Assembly (NCBI GenBank): GCA_010093605.1
Contig: MU004186.1
Location: 1,096,616-1,160,615 of the forward strand
DNA from: Lophium mytilinum
Lineage: Eukaryota
DNA: 64,000 nucleotides
Direction of reading: 5' to 3'
Part shown: positions 1-12,400 of the stretch, piece after piece
How the letters are laid out: the number at the start of each line of letters is the position of its first letter
Position numbering within the stretch: the first letter of the stretch is position 1
Notes under the pieces: model-generated
What the model was told of the DNA's origin: nothing
Seen by the model: the letters and a program-made list of their open reading frames with translations, nothing else
Databases searched by the model: none
Position numbers and translations under genes: made by a program

Positions 1-61
1 CTATGAGGAGTAATTAGAATGTGAGCTATGGCGATTTGGAAAGGCCATTGTAGCAGCATAC

Positions 62-270
62 CTTGAATCAACACTGATGCTGCCCACGGGCTGCAACTCC
101 ACATCTTGGTCTGCATCGTCCAGGGCAAGGTCCCATAGCTCCAGCTGGGTCTCGTTGGAGAAATCCGCGTCTACGGCGCCGGCTCTGGTGCCAGTGACAA
201 TCAATGGTGGGCCTGTGCCCGGAGCCCAGGCAAAGGTTGCGGTCCGGGTTATTTCTCGTAGGCGGACCAT
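62..270 (-). CDS. SEC31: COPII coat subunit Sec31, first exon (gene continues off the left edge)
   Basis: [18 protein letters not shown]...[22 protein letters not shown] is the typical fungal Sec31 N-terminus. A GTATGC donor at 61 and CTAAT...CATAG acceptor at 1 define an intron at 1-61. Confidence 0.93.
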
Positions 271-700
271 TGTTGATGCGGGGATGAGGATGAAATTGGG
301 AAAGGAAAGACGAAAAGGAAAGTCTCAGCGGGTGCAAAGCAGACGGCGACAGATGACGTGAGGGAAGTAACGAAGGGGCCTGGTGTCCTTATTGCATGGT
401 GCTGTGATCAACAACACCGTGGCCTTGCTTGAATCTGGCCGTAAGCCAAGAGATGTGTGTGGGGCGTCAATTGCAGCACGTGACCGAGCTTTCTTCTCAA
501 CTTTGGAACAGTCTCAAATCACTGAGGTACCTAGCTTTAGAGCGTCTCGTGGTACTGTCTAGTCTGACAGCCACGAAACCCACTTATCGCTCCACGGTTT
601 TCCACTCACAAAATAGCGTTCTCGTTGGGGCCAGAATCTTCAGCTTGAGGGAATCACGGTCTAAAGCACTTGCGCGAGCCTCTCACCACTTACGACCACC

Positions 701-1216
701 ATGTCGGATCCTACGCGCGTAAAGTCCACCGTCTACGTTGGCGGCTTAGACAACGCAGTCACTACACGCACTCTGCACGACGCGTTCGTGCCTTTCGGAG
801 AAATAGTCGATGTCACTCTACCCAAGCCAGACTTGCCCTCATCAACTGATCCCCACCGTGGCTTTGGATATGTCGAGTTCGAGAACACAGCAGATGCCAA
901 GGAAGCCATCGACAACATGGATCAAAGTGAGCTCTACGGTCGAGTCATCAAGGTAGCGCCGGCCAAGCCTCAGAAAGACCAAAACGAGGGGCTGGGGAGC
1001 AAGACAGCTATCTGGGAACAGGTATGTTCATCACGGGATCATATTCAGATTCATTCACTAACACGTTCGTAGGAGGGCTGGTTGGCGGAACATGCTGTGA
1101 GCGAAGAAGACCGACTGGCCACAGAGCAGGCGCGAGCAGTCTCTTCAGGACCTCCAGACCCAATGCAGGGGTTGGAGGGACTGGATGTCGCAGGACCGAC
1201 ACTTCCAACAAAATAG
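701..1216 (+). CDS. RRM protein related to the N-terminal RRM of cyclophilin E/Cyp33 (no PPIase domain)
   Basis: RNP2 (VYVGGL) and RNP1 (RGFGYVEF), AIDNMDQSELYGRVIKV. Intron 1022-1072 (GTATGT..CTAAC..TAG). Exon 2 EGWLAEHAV...GPTLPTK* ends at 1216. Confidence 0.88.
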
Positions 1217-1359
1217 ATCATACCGGAAATGGTTTGTTGCGTTCAAGGAATTGTGGCGTATGGAATTGAAATGAGATTGTGCTCTTCAATTGACGTCAAA
1301 TTTATACAGTGGCCCCACCAGCCTCATCTCCCTCTCACAAAAACCGGCATGATGCCTCT

Positions 1360-1918
1360 CTACTCGTTTCCGTGCTGGCGGACGAGACGTAGAGTCTTGT
1401 CCGTCTGGAACTTCCTGACACTGGAGTATACCGCAGCAAAGATAGCAACGCTGAGGCTCGGTTAGAAAGGAAAGTCCTTGAATAGAGCCGGGGGTCTTAC
1501 CCAAGAACGATGCCTGTATCAATAGTTAGTAATGTTTCAAAGAACCAACATTGTGGGTAGTTGAGTATAACATACCGAGGGGAATCAATTCCGGAGGGAC
1601 CTTCTTGAGTTGGCGAATGCGTTGGGAGATGGTGTGAGCTATGTGTATCCAAATCAGCACACGATCCGACGTCTGATGTTGTTGTGGCTTCGGAAAAGAG
1701 CACTACAATCCTACGCACCGCTATGCTCCTCTTTCTGTATTTCTGATTAGTCTCTAGTGCGCTCGCATCTCAGCGTTAGACCTTACAGGAACTGGCCTCA
1801 TCATCCTCGCCGTCGGCTGCATCCGCATCACGGCCGAGGGCTGAATCCGCATGGCGGCAGTGGGCTGCATCCGCATGAAAGCAGTAGGCTGCATGGCGAG
1901 GACCCGCGTACGGAACAT
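1360..1918 (-). CDS. NDUFA4/MLRQ-family small mitochondrial membrane protein
   Basis: Five exons give MFRTRVLAMQPTA...MMRPVP-KEEHSAHTISQRIRQLKKVPPELIPLGIVLGVAIFAAVYSSVRKFQTDKTLRLVRQHGNE*. The PPELIPL motif, single TM helix and DKTLRL match the fungal MLRQ family. All introns are GT..AG with branch sites. Confidence 0.8.
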
Positions 1919-2141
1919 GGCGAAGGAGTGGAGAGTTGGGTGATGGTGCAATGGGTGGTGTTTCGGTGAAGTTGGCGGTTCGATGGAGCTCCTCAAAGGA
2001 ACTAGCCGGAACAGAAAGCGGCCCTTGCGTTTTCCTCGAACCACCAGAGCCGGCCGACTGACTGCAACGACCTCACCTCCACCCTCAGCTCCACCACTCC
2101 AATTGCCACCCCATCTCAACTCTAAACCCCCTCCCGCAACC

Positions 2142-2743
2142 ATGTCTGACAGTGAGGAACGCGAGACCAAGCCCTTCAAGTTCGTTACAAGTGAGTTGCC
2201 CTGACCGAGCCGCTGGAGCTGCCCGAAGCTAATCTGTACCTGACAGCCGGTATGTTCCACTCGAGCTATCACCACGCCTCCCGACCTGTATACGACTTTC
2301 ACATGCACCAATCACCTGCGAAATAGCTCAGAGGGTTTATGTAAACTGACAACGGCTCCTACATCCAGGTTTCGATGCCCGTTTCCCGAACCAGAACCAG
2401 TGAGACACCTTGGGTACTCTACAAACAACCTTCGCCTAACCCACCACCAGGACCAAGCACTGCTGGCAGAACTATGTCGACTACCACAAGTGCATCATAG
2501 CCAAGGGCGAGGACTTTGCGCCCTGCCGCCAAGTATGCCGCCCGCCTCCCATAGTAATGCCCGTCAATAGCGCTGACAACATTCACAGTTCTTCCACGCA
2601 TACCGCTCTCTGTGCCCGGGCGTTTGGGTTGAGCGATGGGACGACCAGCGCGGTCAGTATTCTTGCATGCCGTGGATGCTTACCATGGGCGCTAACAAGC
2701 GATATTAGACAACGGCAACTTCCCAGTTCGTCTAGACCAATAG
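2142..2743 (+). CDS. COX12: Cytochrome c oxidase subunit VIb
   Basis: Exons 2142-2190, 2247-2249, 2369-2399, 2451-2532, 2589-2652, 2709-2743 give ...FKFVTTGFDARFPNQNQTKHCWQNYVDYHKCIIAKGEDFAPCRQFFHAYRSLCPGVWVERWDDQRDNGNFPVRLDQ*, with the Cx9C-Cx10C pattern. Confidence 0.96.
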
Positions 2744-3110
2744 GCTGGTACAAGACAGCGTTTGTCTTTCCCGAGATTGTTGGTTGTTGATCATAGCGGA
2801 AGGAGCGAGAGGGGGTGGTTGTATCATATTGAAATGGCAATGCAATGGTGAACTATCTGGATGCGGCCCCACCAATCTCGTGACAAAAGAGAGACAACTT
2901 GCCATGAAACCGAAATCAACAGCTGCCCACCAACAGTTACGATGTTACCATAGATAACACGGAGCAGCGTCGAGAAAGCTCTACGAAAGTGAGGCTAAGC
3001 GCTCTTCCTGTATCTTGACTCCATAACTGCGTCGACGCAACAAAGAGGGGGGGTTGACTACAGAATCAGGTCATGAAGTTGCTAACAGTCAAAAAGCTCC
3101 ACTCATTTCC

Positions 3111-3353
3111 TCATGCCACATCTTCATTGTCATTACCCCATTTACACTCATCACACTTATCTTTGTTCACCCGCCGGATGTCGAATCGATGCCCGGAGGT
3201 GTCCTGATACATCTGGTAACTAAAGTACGGGCGGATCTCTATAGTACGGTGGTTAGAAAGATGGGTATTCGGAGCGGGAGGCCGGCGGCAGTAGTTTGTT
3301 TCCACCGTGCTGTGAGAACAGCTAGAGAAATAGGTGTAGATTATGCGGCACAT
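3111..3353 (-). CDS. Small Cys/His-containing hypothetical protein (80 aa)
   Basis: ATG-started ORF with an MC...CSH...C...CDEC pattern resembling small fungal putative zinc-binding proteins. No other support. Confidence 0.45.
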   Translation of the reverse strand: MCRIIYTYFSSCSHSTVETNYCRRPPAPNTHLSNHRTIEIRPYFSYQMYQDTSGHRFDIRRVNKDKCDECKWGNDNEDVA

Positions 3354-4398
3354 TTTCGGTCGATTCTGTGACTGTTGGTGCTATTGATGGGCGGAGGTGG
3401 ACGTGGGAGAGAGCTACCGTGGAGGAAAGAATGATGTTCTATATATTAGCAAATCCTGCTGTAAGGTGGCACTGCTGTTGTTCGCCTTCACCTTCGACTG
3501 TCGGCTGGCATGCTATCTGGGACACGTAAGGGGGTATGGTACTCGGCCATTAATCTGCGTACACAGTCATACCACTACTGCGGGATCTACTCTTGCTCTC
3601 GACGCCACTGCAAGGAATGCCCTCGCTCGTATGTCTTTATATGGTCAAAAGGTAGTCCAACATCCACTGCGTTGACCTTTACATCGTATTTAGAGTTTCT
3701 AAAGCCTGACGGAAAGCCCCAAGGTGCCTATACTTCTGTCTTGGTACAGAAGTCTGGAAATGCATGTGGCTACGAATCTTCATGAGACCTTAACAGTGAG
3801 AGGTATCTTCGGTGCGACGGCGACTTTCTTCATGATAGGATAGGGAACTTGATGCTGCCGTTTGTTATAGACATCAGGTCGATTGAAAGCCGTGAATGGA
3901 TCTCTCGTCTTTGAAAGCAGAATGAAGAAAATGATGTGTTATGTAGAGGCTACGTCGCTGCTCAGTTTACGAGCTGCGTATGTCTGTCTTTGAGGTTCGG
4001 TCTAGGTTTTCCAAGATTTGTAGCTATGTTTCAAGAAGCTTGGAGGCTCGTTTTATGTGCTTGATGCTTGTCAAGAAATTTTTACCTTTGCAAGGAGCGG
4101 AATGTAATCAATCGACCCTGATCGTGAGAGATTACTTTAGCATAGTCTCTGAAAGGTAAGACACAAGCAAAAAATTGTTTCTTGCAGATGACTTTTCGCC
4201 GTTACAGCATTCTTTAGACGATGCCTCCGGTGAATGATAGGTGAATGGTTGGGGCCAGGGACGACAGGGATGCAAGCTCAAAGCCCACGTGAGGACTAAC
4301 TAGATCACCACTAGCGGGCGATCTGCTTGGCAGTCGCGCTCCACGTAAACACGAGCGCGGGGACGTCATTGCAACCACCACATTCTTCATTCAACATC

Positions 4399-5513
4399 AT
4401 GCCACCCAAAGCAAAACGCGGTAGGGGTAGGCCCTCCAATGCGTCGCGAGGGGTCGTAAATGTAGCAAAGCCGACATCTATCCAGGCGAAGACGAGAGGC
4501 AGACCACCAAAGGGCGGACACTCGGCGCAACGACGACAGCCCGCTGAAGAAGACGACGATATGCCAGAACCATCCCGTAGATCCAAGCTAGGCCGACCTC
4601 CAAATCTAGCTCCAGAAGTTGCCGGCAGCCGGAAGCGCAAAGCTCGTGATGCTGAGGAGGAGGTCGAAGATGAACCAGCGTCAAAAAAGTTCCAGCATCT
4701 GCGAACGCGCAGTCGCTACGTCCCGCAAGCTGTCATCGCCGCAAAATGGCAGGCGCCCACCCATCAGATGCAGGAACAAATCAAGAACATATTCAAGACT
4801 GCATTGAGACCCGTGGTTGCGAGCCGACGGGATGAGCGGAGGAGGCTGGAGGCCGAACAGGTTGTTGGGGCCATGATCAGAAAACTGGAACAGCGACTGC
4901 CTAAGATGCCTTTTCCTCCTAATACGAAAGATACGGACTTCGATCTAGAGAAGGTTGTAGAGCGGAATGTATGTGATCCATGTCTTCAGACGGTATGCGA
5001 TGCTGACAGGGTACAGAGAATGCTCGAAAACCAGCTCACGCCTGCGATGCATTCGATCGATCTACTGAAGGCGGCGATTGAGAAGGAGGAGGCACAACTT
5101 GAGAGGGACAAAGAGGTGTTAGCGGAATTCGAGGAGAATGCAAAAGCGGAGAAGACGGCGCTCAAAAATATGAGTGTGAAGGTAAGGTCTCTAGCTCGTC
5201 GTCTGAGCTCTCTAACAGACTACAGCCCCATCCTATGCTCCGATTGCCGAAGAACTTTGAAATAGGAGATGATTCCGCGGAGGATATTGGCCTGGTGAGA
5301 CAGAAGACCGCTAAGCAGGCGCTCTTCGACGACCCCGACCCGGATTTTGCGCCGCTGCTCGACACCCTGCGGAACCATCTCGAGAGCATGCAAGGGAACC
5401 ACGAGCAGGTGCAGGGGATCGACGCCGTGATGCAGGAGGCGCAGGCGGCGCTGGACGATGTGCTGTTCACGCATGCAAGTCCACAGCAGTACGATTCAAT
5501 GAGCAGGCCATGA
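4399..5513 (+). CDS. Kinetochore protein of the CENP-Q/Okp1/Fta7 family
   Basis: Basic AT-hook-like N-terminus (RGRGRP, RGRPP), then LPKMPFPP..DFDLE..LENQLTPAMHSIDLLKAAIEKEE coiled coil and LRNHLESMQGN. Introns 4969-5016 and 5182-5225. Confidence 0.8.
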
Positions 5514-5924
5514 TTCGCAGGACTCGTTTGGCGGGAGTTTCGTTCCATCGCATTGGCGGTTCAGGCAGGCCTGGGGAACCTAGCGGAGAGCCAGGAGAAT
5601 TCCAGGCTGCACTAGCAGCAGATCATGGCGCTGGAGCCGCCGGGGGATAGTGTCACGAGAACCACGACTGCACGATTACCTCCCAGATAATAGTGTGGAC
5701 GATTCTATGCAAATACCAACCTGCAATGAGCATGGACTACCTACCGAACTACAGAGTGTCCGCAGCGCCAGCAACGCATCCGTCAGCCTCGTGGGCTGGG
5801 CTGGAGTGGACTTGATGTTGTGCAGATGGACGCACCGTGACATTTTGAGCTTGTTCCCCATGCATTCCCGGCGCATCGGTTCTCGGGATGCCACATGCAG
5901 GAGCGGAGTGCAGATAGACGGATT

Positions 5925-6029
5925 TCAATGGAATCACGCTAGTATCTGCATGGCGTCTATCTAGGCTCAGAGGGGTAGGAAGTATGCCGATTTTGGTGGT
6001 GACACTAACAAATTGGCACAGGGGGCTAC
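5925..6029 (+). repeat. Dispersed ~100-bp repeat, copy 1 (copy 2 at 53413-53508)
   Basis: Shares TCAATGGAATCAC, CTGCATGGCGTC, CTAGGCTCAGAGGG and CACAGGGGGCTAC, in the same order, with 53413-53508. Confidence 0.8.
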
Positions 6030-6973
6030 CCTGGCGCCACCAGGTCACAAAAATTGGATACCTGCCAGAGGCTCTACGTCAGCAGCCCGTGACCTTCGGC
6101 TTCTTTATCTTTAACACTATACCAAGCGCCCGTATAGCCCTAAGTAGATAGATGCAATAGTAAACTACTTCTACTAGGCTGCCTCTATAGCCCTAGTCCC
6201 TTTTTAGGCCTTGTTAGAGCTAGGCGTTGCCCGGATAGTCACGAGGCAAGCTACCCTAACATGAGGAAGTTCGGGAGATCTACCGTGATAGAGCCCGCAG
6301 CCTTATCTCATCGGCGCGTTGCCGTATACGGCCTGCACAAGCTGCCTCGAGCAGAGACCTTAGATAAGGTCTCCTGAGCGTGCAGGCTTCACGCTAGGTA
6401 TTCTGCTAGCTAGGGGCCCCTTACTAGCGGGTTTTTTATGAAGTTTTGTGAATACAGGGCTAGCCAGGGGCCTGCAGTAGCTCAAGCCTCATCACACCGA
6501 TTTGCGTGGCGAATTCCCTCCTACGGCCGTGCAATTCGTCTCTGAAATCCGTCTGATGGGCTCAGCTACGGAACCGCGGCCTCGCCCGGAACTAGTTATT
6601 GGACGATGGCCCGTCCGCCGGTGTGTCTGGAGTGAATTGTCCCGTCATGCTCAAACCCTTCCCCCAGGAACTGTTACGGACGAGCCAAGTAAACATGGAG
6701 AGACATTAAATAGAGGGGCGCAGCGACCTCGGCCCAGCGGCAGATCTTCGCTCCTCCATTGCGCCATATTCTAAGCCTTTCTCGCGTGCCACTTCGACAT
6801 TCACAATCCTCCAATTCACCACCACCGCCACCACAGACTGCTCCGCGTGTGCGACCTGCGAACGTGCTCGAGGCAATGCGCTGCTGCTGTGACCGCTCCG
6901 CCCTCTGACGCAGTCCTGCGCGCCGACCCCGTACCACTCCCAGCACTGCTCTCCCGGACGCGGCCCAGCTTTG

Positions 6974-8931
6974 ATGCCCGCCGAAGCTACACAAAGACCC
7001 AATGGAGCTTCTCCCCGTGGTATGACGACGCCCAGGGCCACGGATCAGGGCAGCGAGACCGATAAATCCAATGCGCCGAAAAGGAGCCCGCCCCAGAAGG
7101 GCACATCGTCGTCCGGCGCAGAGGGCTCCACGAAAAGCCCAAAGAAGCGCCGGAAGGTCAATCATGGTCAGCTCGCGGCTCCGCTCCCGCTGCGTTCGCA
7201 GTGCTCACAATGCTAACTCCTGTTGTCTCCGGTAGCGTGCATATACTGCAGACGTTCGGTGAGCCGCCGCGCCCTCGACTCCCACAGCACCGCATCCAAG
7301 ACACATGACAATGGCGCTGTTAGACTGTACACTGCATGCTGACCTCTCCCCCGAATAGCATATGACCTGCGACCTTGTAAGCTGTGCCGAAGCCCCCTGT
7401 TGGCCGACTTGCGCTCACTAGAAACTCCCTTACCGCGCAGGAACGACCGTGTAAACGATGCATCAAGCGAAATATTGGCCATCTTTGCCACGATGAGCCG
7501 CGAGAAACAATTAAAAAGAGCAAGACAGACCCCGACAGCGCGAACGGTGATGCAGACTCGTCCAAGCAAGACACGGCACCGTCCGAGTCCCCCATGAACC
7601 CTCTCGAGTCGCGTCGAAGTGTGTCTGATGCAGGGCTCAACCTTGCGCCGCCCCCAATACCCCAGAGCAGAGTTGCCAACACAGCGCCTATCGCCCAGCC
7701 TACGCCTGTGTCTGCGCCACAAGCCCCATCCCTGACGGATAGCAATCAGCCATGTTGGTTACACGCTCCCAGTCTTGAAACGCATTGTACTAACTGCGCC
7801 GTGGAGACATGAACTACAACGACTGGAATGCCGGCTCGGCAACCCATTTTCAGGATATGCACCATTTCCACCCTTCCTACATGTTCAACACGTCCGAAGT
7901 TAGCAACGAATACAACCTCCTCAACGACTTTCTAAGCAACAGTCTCATGGAAGACAGCAGCCTCTACTCCGGCGCTGACATGCAAGGCCTGTTCCCTGAC
8001 CCCAATCTAGCAAATCCGATGGGCACATTGCCCAACACCAATTCTTTTAATCCTAATCCCCAGCACACCAGTCTTCTGCTACCGCCACCCGCGCAAGCCG
8101 CTGTAGGCAATTCCATTTCGAGACCGCCAAGTGGATTTCCCATCGACAAAGCCCGAGAGAGGTACTACATGACGGCTGCCGATCCTGCAATGGGGTCAGA
8201 CACCCCCGAAGAGCGCATGGACAAGCTGCTAAGAGCCAAGATGGACGCCGGAATGCTTAAGCCGTTTAACTACGTCAAAGGTTACGCGCGGCTGAATCAG
8301 TATATGGAGCGGAACATGCAGGGAGGCTCCCGCGTGAGAATCCTACGGCAGCTAGACAAATTCAGACCCAAATTTCGAGAGCGGATGCAGAAGCTGACAG
8401 ATGTCGAGCTAGTGCGTGTTGAGATGTGGTTTGATAAGAGCTTGATGGAGTACGATCGGGTTTTTGCAAGCATGGCGATTCCCGCTTGCTGCTGGAGGAG
8501 AACAGGAGAAATATTCAGGGGTAACAGAGAAATGGCCGAGTTGATCCATGTGCCCATCCAGAAGTTGAGAGATGTAGGCAACTCTGAGACCCCTTTGTTT
8601 GCACCGTCGCTAAGCCACTCTCTAGGGCAACATCGCCATTCACGAAATCATCGCCGAGGGCTCCCTCGTCAGCTACTGGGAGAAGTTCGGAGCTATTGCA
8701 TTTGATAACTCTCAGAAAGCCATTCTGACGAGCTGCTCACTTAAGAACCCTGATGCGAACTCGAAAGACCCCGAGATCAGATGCTGCTTTTCCTTCACAA
8801 TCCGCCGTGACATCTATAATATGTGAGATCCATGCGCTCGCGGTCTTAGAGAGAGTACTGACAGAGAACGCAGTCCTGCCTTGATTGTTGGCAATTTCCT
8901 ACCTATGATACCACCTTCACCGTCGGGTTGA
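6974..8931 (+). CDS. acuM: Zn2Cys6 gluconeogenesis regulator AcuM (Rds2 family, C-terminal PAS-like region)
   Basis: Spliced Zn cluster KRRKVNHACIYCRRSHMTCDLERPCKRCIKRNIGHLCHDEPRE. C-terminal LKPFNYVKGYARL...IPACCWRRTGEIFRGN...CCFSFTIRRD...LIVGNFLP. The start could be 6974 or 7022. Confidence 0.88.
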
Positions 8932-9487
8932 TCTGCCCGTCGACTGCATATACAAACTTGGATGGCACAATTGCTTTAGTACGGGAGGTTAGATTTTCGC
9001 GTGTGCTATTGTTCTATGCTCCACGACGATCCAGATACGAATGTTGATCCAGGAGGGAAATGCGCGACGCCACTCGAGTATATGGTGACCTTGGCTTACT
9101 GGCGATATTCTTACCCTTCGTATCTACAGTAGCTTTGGAGTATGAAGGGCACCGAGGCCAATAAAGATACGACGATCAGGGGAAAATAGGACCTAAGAAT
9201 GGTCGCGTTTGGCCTTGAAACTGATGGCGAAAAGTATACCCACCACCACCCCTCTACGACTTCGAGCACCTTATATCTTTTGTGCATATTACGTTGTTCT
9301 CTGTACATGATTTCCTGAATACTATCATGGAATTTCCGCTATGTTTATCCGACATTGCTGCTGCTTCTTCGTGGATCGCTTTACGCCTCTTAGGGCCGCC
9401 GGATCGCGACTTTAATCCAACCTCACCTCATCACCAATCCCTCCTCCCCCGCACACACACCCCCCATACCACCATCAAAGATGCAGA

Positions 9488-12400
9488 ATGGCGCCTTCCA
9501 ACGCCCTCCGCTCAGAACGCGAAAAGAAGATCAAAGCCCTTCTCAGTACGCGCTCTTCCCCTTATCTCATCTACGGCCCATACCTCTCTGCTTCCATCTC
9601 ACCTCGTTCCCTCCCACCTCCGTCCCCATCTTACCCCCTTCTCAAGCTAACGGTCTCAATCAAGCCTTCGCCGACTCTCTGTCCACCCGCCTCACCTCTA
9701 GCCCCTTCGACGCCACCCTTGCCACCGACTTACAAGCTCAGATCACCTCCCTCCCGCTACTAGCATCCACTGCCCTAAACGCGAAGCGCAATGAGCTCGA
9801 CAAGGTTGGGACGGAGCTATGGAATACCTCAACACGCTTGAAGCGGGAGGAAAGCCAGGAGGGCTCAGGAAAGCAAGTACTCTGTCTACTGCGTGCTTTC
9901 GCGTTCCTGTTGTTGGAGAGCGCTGCAGCTGGCCTGAAGAGAAAAGGAGCCACAGGCGCCGATGGCAGGGATGAAGGTGCGGTCGTGAGGCTGATGAAGG
10001 TCGCGCTCAAAAGCTCGCGAGTGTGCCTGGAGGCTGGCATGGTGGATGTTTGTGCAAAGGTTATGGAGAGGGCGGCTACCTTAGAGCTGGAGTTGGTTGG
10101 GGAGAAGGAGACGGAGACAGATCCAGAGAGCGATGAGGCGAGTAGGAAGTTGAGGGTTGAATATATGGTGCTTAGGTCTGCGCTGGTGAGTTTGATTGCT
10201 TGAGCTACAGAGAGGGTTCGTCAGATGGGATGCTTGTACTGACTCTACGGATTACAGGCATGGCGACAAGGTCGTATGGACATCGCGGAGCACATGTTTT
10301 CCAAAGCTGAGCTTTCTGGTCACCAGCTTGACCCTGCGACTGCGGAGAGTTTGTCTGATTTGTTGTATGAGATTGGGAAGGACCAACTCAAGCACGGTCG
10401 TTACGAGGCTGCCGTCAAGTGGCTAGAGAGGGCACACGAAGTGCTTGGAGACCACGAGTTGGAAAGATTGAGTGCTGATGCCGGGGAGCTACGGTTGAGT
10501 ATCATGCAAAGCTTGGGTATGTATGCTGTCCTGGGCGAAGCAAACTTGACTGACGATAGCTCAGTCCAGTCACTCATGAAACTTAACGACATCCCCGAAG
10601 ATTCAGATGCTCGTCAGCGAGCCTGGCAACTGGTGAACCTGATGGACATAGTACTTGTTTCTCCTTCCGTCTCCAAATAGAAACTGACAAACATTGTAGG
10701 ACTACGGCGAGAAGATGATTGTCTCTTTGCTGAAGTTGGAACTTCTATCCTCGGGAGACACGATAGACTGCGATCAGTATTACGGGGGTAAGTCGAGAGC
10801 TCCAAGACCCTACTGACCTTTCTGACTCCTCTAGTTCTACTTCGTATGATACGCAGCGTAGTCCTGACCGAGACTAATCTCAAGACGTAAGATTACCCAT
10901 CGATCTTTATTTACGACCTAACAGAAACCAGGATAATGCATCACGTGTATAAGCTCAAAAGTCAAAGGTGACTTCACTCAATCGCAATTCCCTGGTGAAG
11001 TTCTGATGTTTAGTAGCAATACGACAGCCTGTAAGATCCTCGACGACCTCATAAGAATACGGCTATTTGGGGCGGATAATCAAGACTGGGTCGAAAAAGC
11101 TACGATTACAAGAACATGGATTACGACGAAGGATCCAAATGCCGAGGACATGTTTGAAGGCCTCCGGGACATATTTGATGAAGTCTCGCGGCACACGAAG
11201 ACTACATTCAGTGCGCCAGCTACGCATGCAGCGCAAACCGTAAGTCTGCGTGTTCTGGGACGTTCCCAATTTGACATGCTAATTTCAGTAGTTGATATGG
11301 AAACAAATCGAGTCCACCTATAGCCAGAATGAATATCAGTCTTCAGAAGCATGGTGTGCTCTTGCTGTCCATGATCTATTCGATAAAGCCGGAGAGTCGA
11401 ACAAGGCAAAGATAGCAAGGTAAAATTTACGCAGGTTTATCCGAGAATAAGATTCTAATCCGATACAGGAAAATGATTTTATGTGCCTTGGCAAGGCAAG
11501 ATTGGGAGGCTGCCGGAGATGCTTTCGCTCAGATGTCCGAGTTCGGAAAAGCAGAGGCTATGACGAGGTACATAATGTACAAAGTCTCTTTGAGGAGCGG
11601 AGATGCGGAGCTTGGTAAGTCAGTCTTCAACTTCCTTGGAGTTACACTTATAAGCTCACTCTTACCTAGCTACGCAATGTCTAGACATCGTGTGCCAACA
11701 ATCCACCAAAGATGCGACATTGTTATATGCCTGCGTTCTGGATGCACAGCAAACTGGCGACAAGAGGCAAGCCGTCGTGGCGCTTCAAAAAGTTCTCGCG
11801 AAATACGACTATGGTGCTCCTGCTGGTGTGGATCTGCCAGCGCTTCTACGGTAAGTGAACTAACTGCACTGGCTCATCATAGATGCTGACTTGATTAGAT
11901 GCACTGTTCGTCTCTTGTCTCCTCTACTTGTGGAGAACGGGAAGATCAATCAAGACGTGGCTGAAGAATTATCCAAGGTTTTTGAAGGAGGTGAGTGTCT
12001 ATCGTTAAGTCGTATGAAAAACAGCTAATGGGTGAAGCCGCTGCAAAAGCAACAACTTCGAAACGAAGACCAATCAACCCAGCATTGGAGCACTTTACTC
12101 CAGTAGAATTCGAGTGGTTCTCGAAAATTTCGTATAACCTCGCGCTCAAGCACTGTACGGAAATACATCCGGAATACTTAACCCGAATCTTAGGCGCATG
12201 CATGAAGTTCATATTACTTGTCAGAGATCAGAAGATATCGGAGAAGGAAGATGAACAGCAAATGACTCTTCGACTCCTTTTCTGCGATTTCCTTTCGGCA
12301 TGTGCGTACGTGGTGTTAGCCAGAGCGGAGGATAACCTCCAAGCCTCAGCTCAGCGTTACCTCTCTGTCCGCTATCACACCAATAACTTCATGAAAGAAC

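Noticed and set aside
5651..6004. Solo LTR (TGTCAC...GTGACA)
   Set aside because: No matching target-site duplication for either candidate end.
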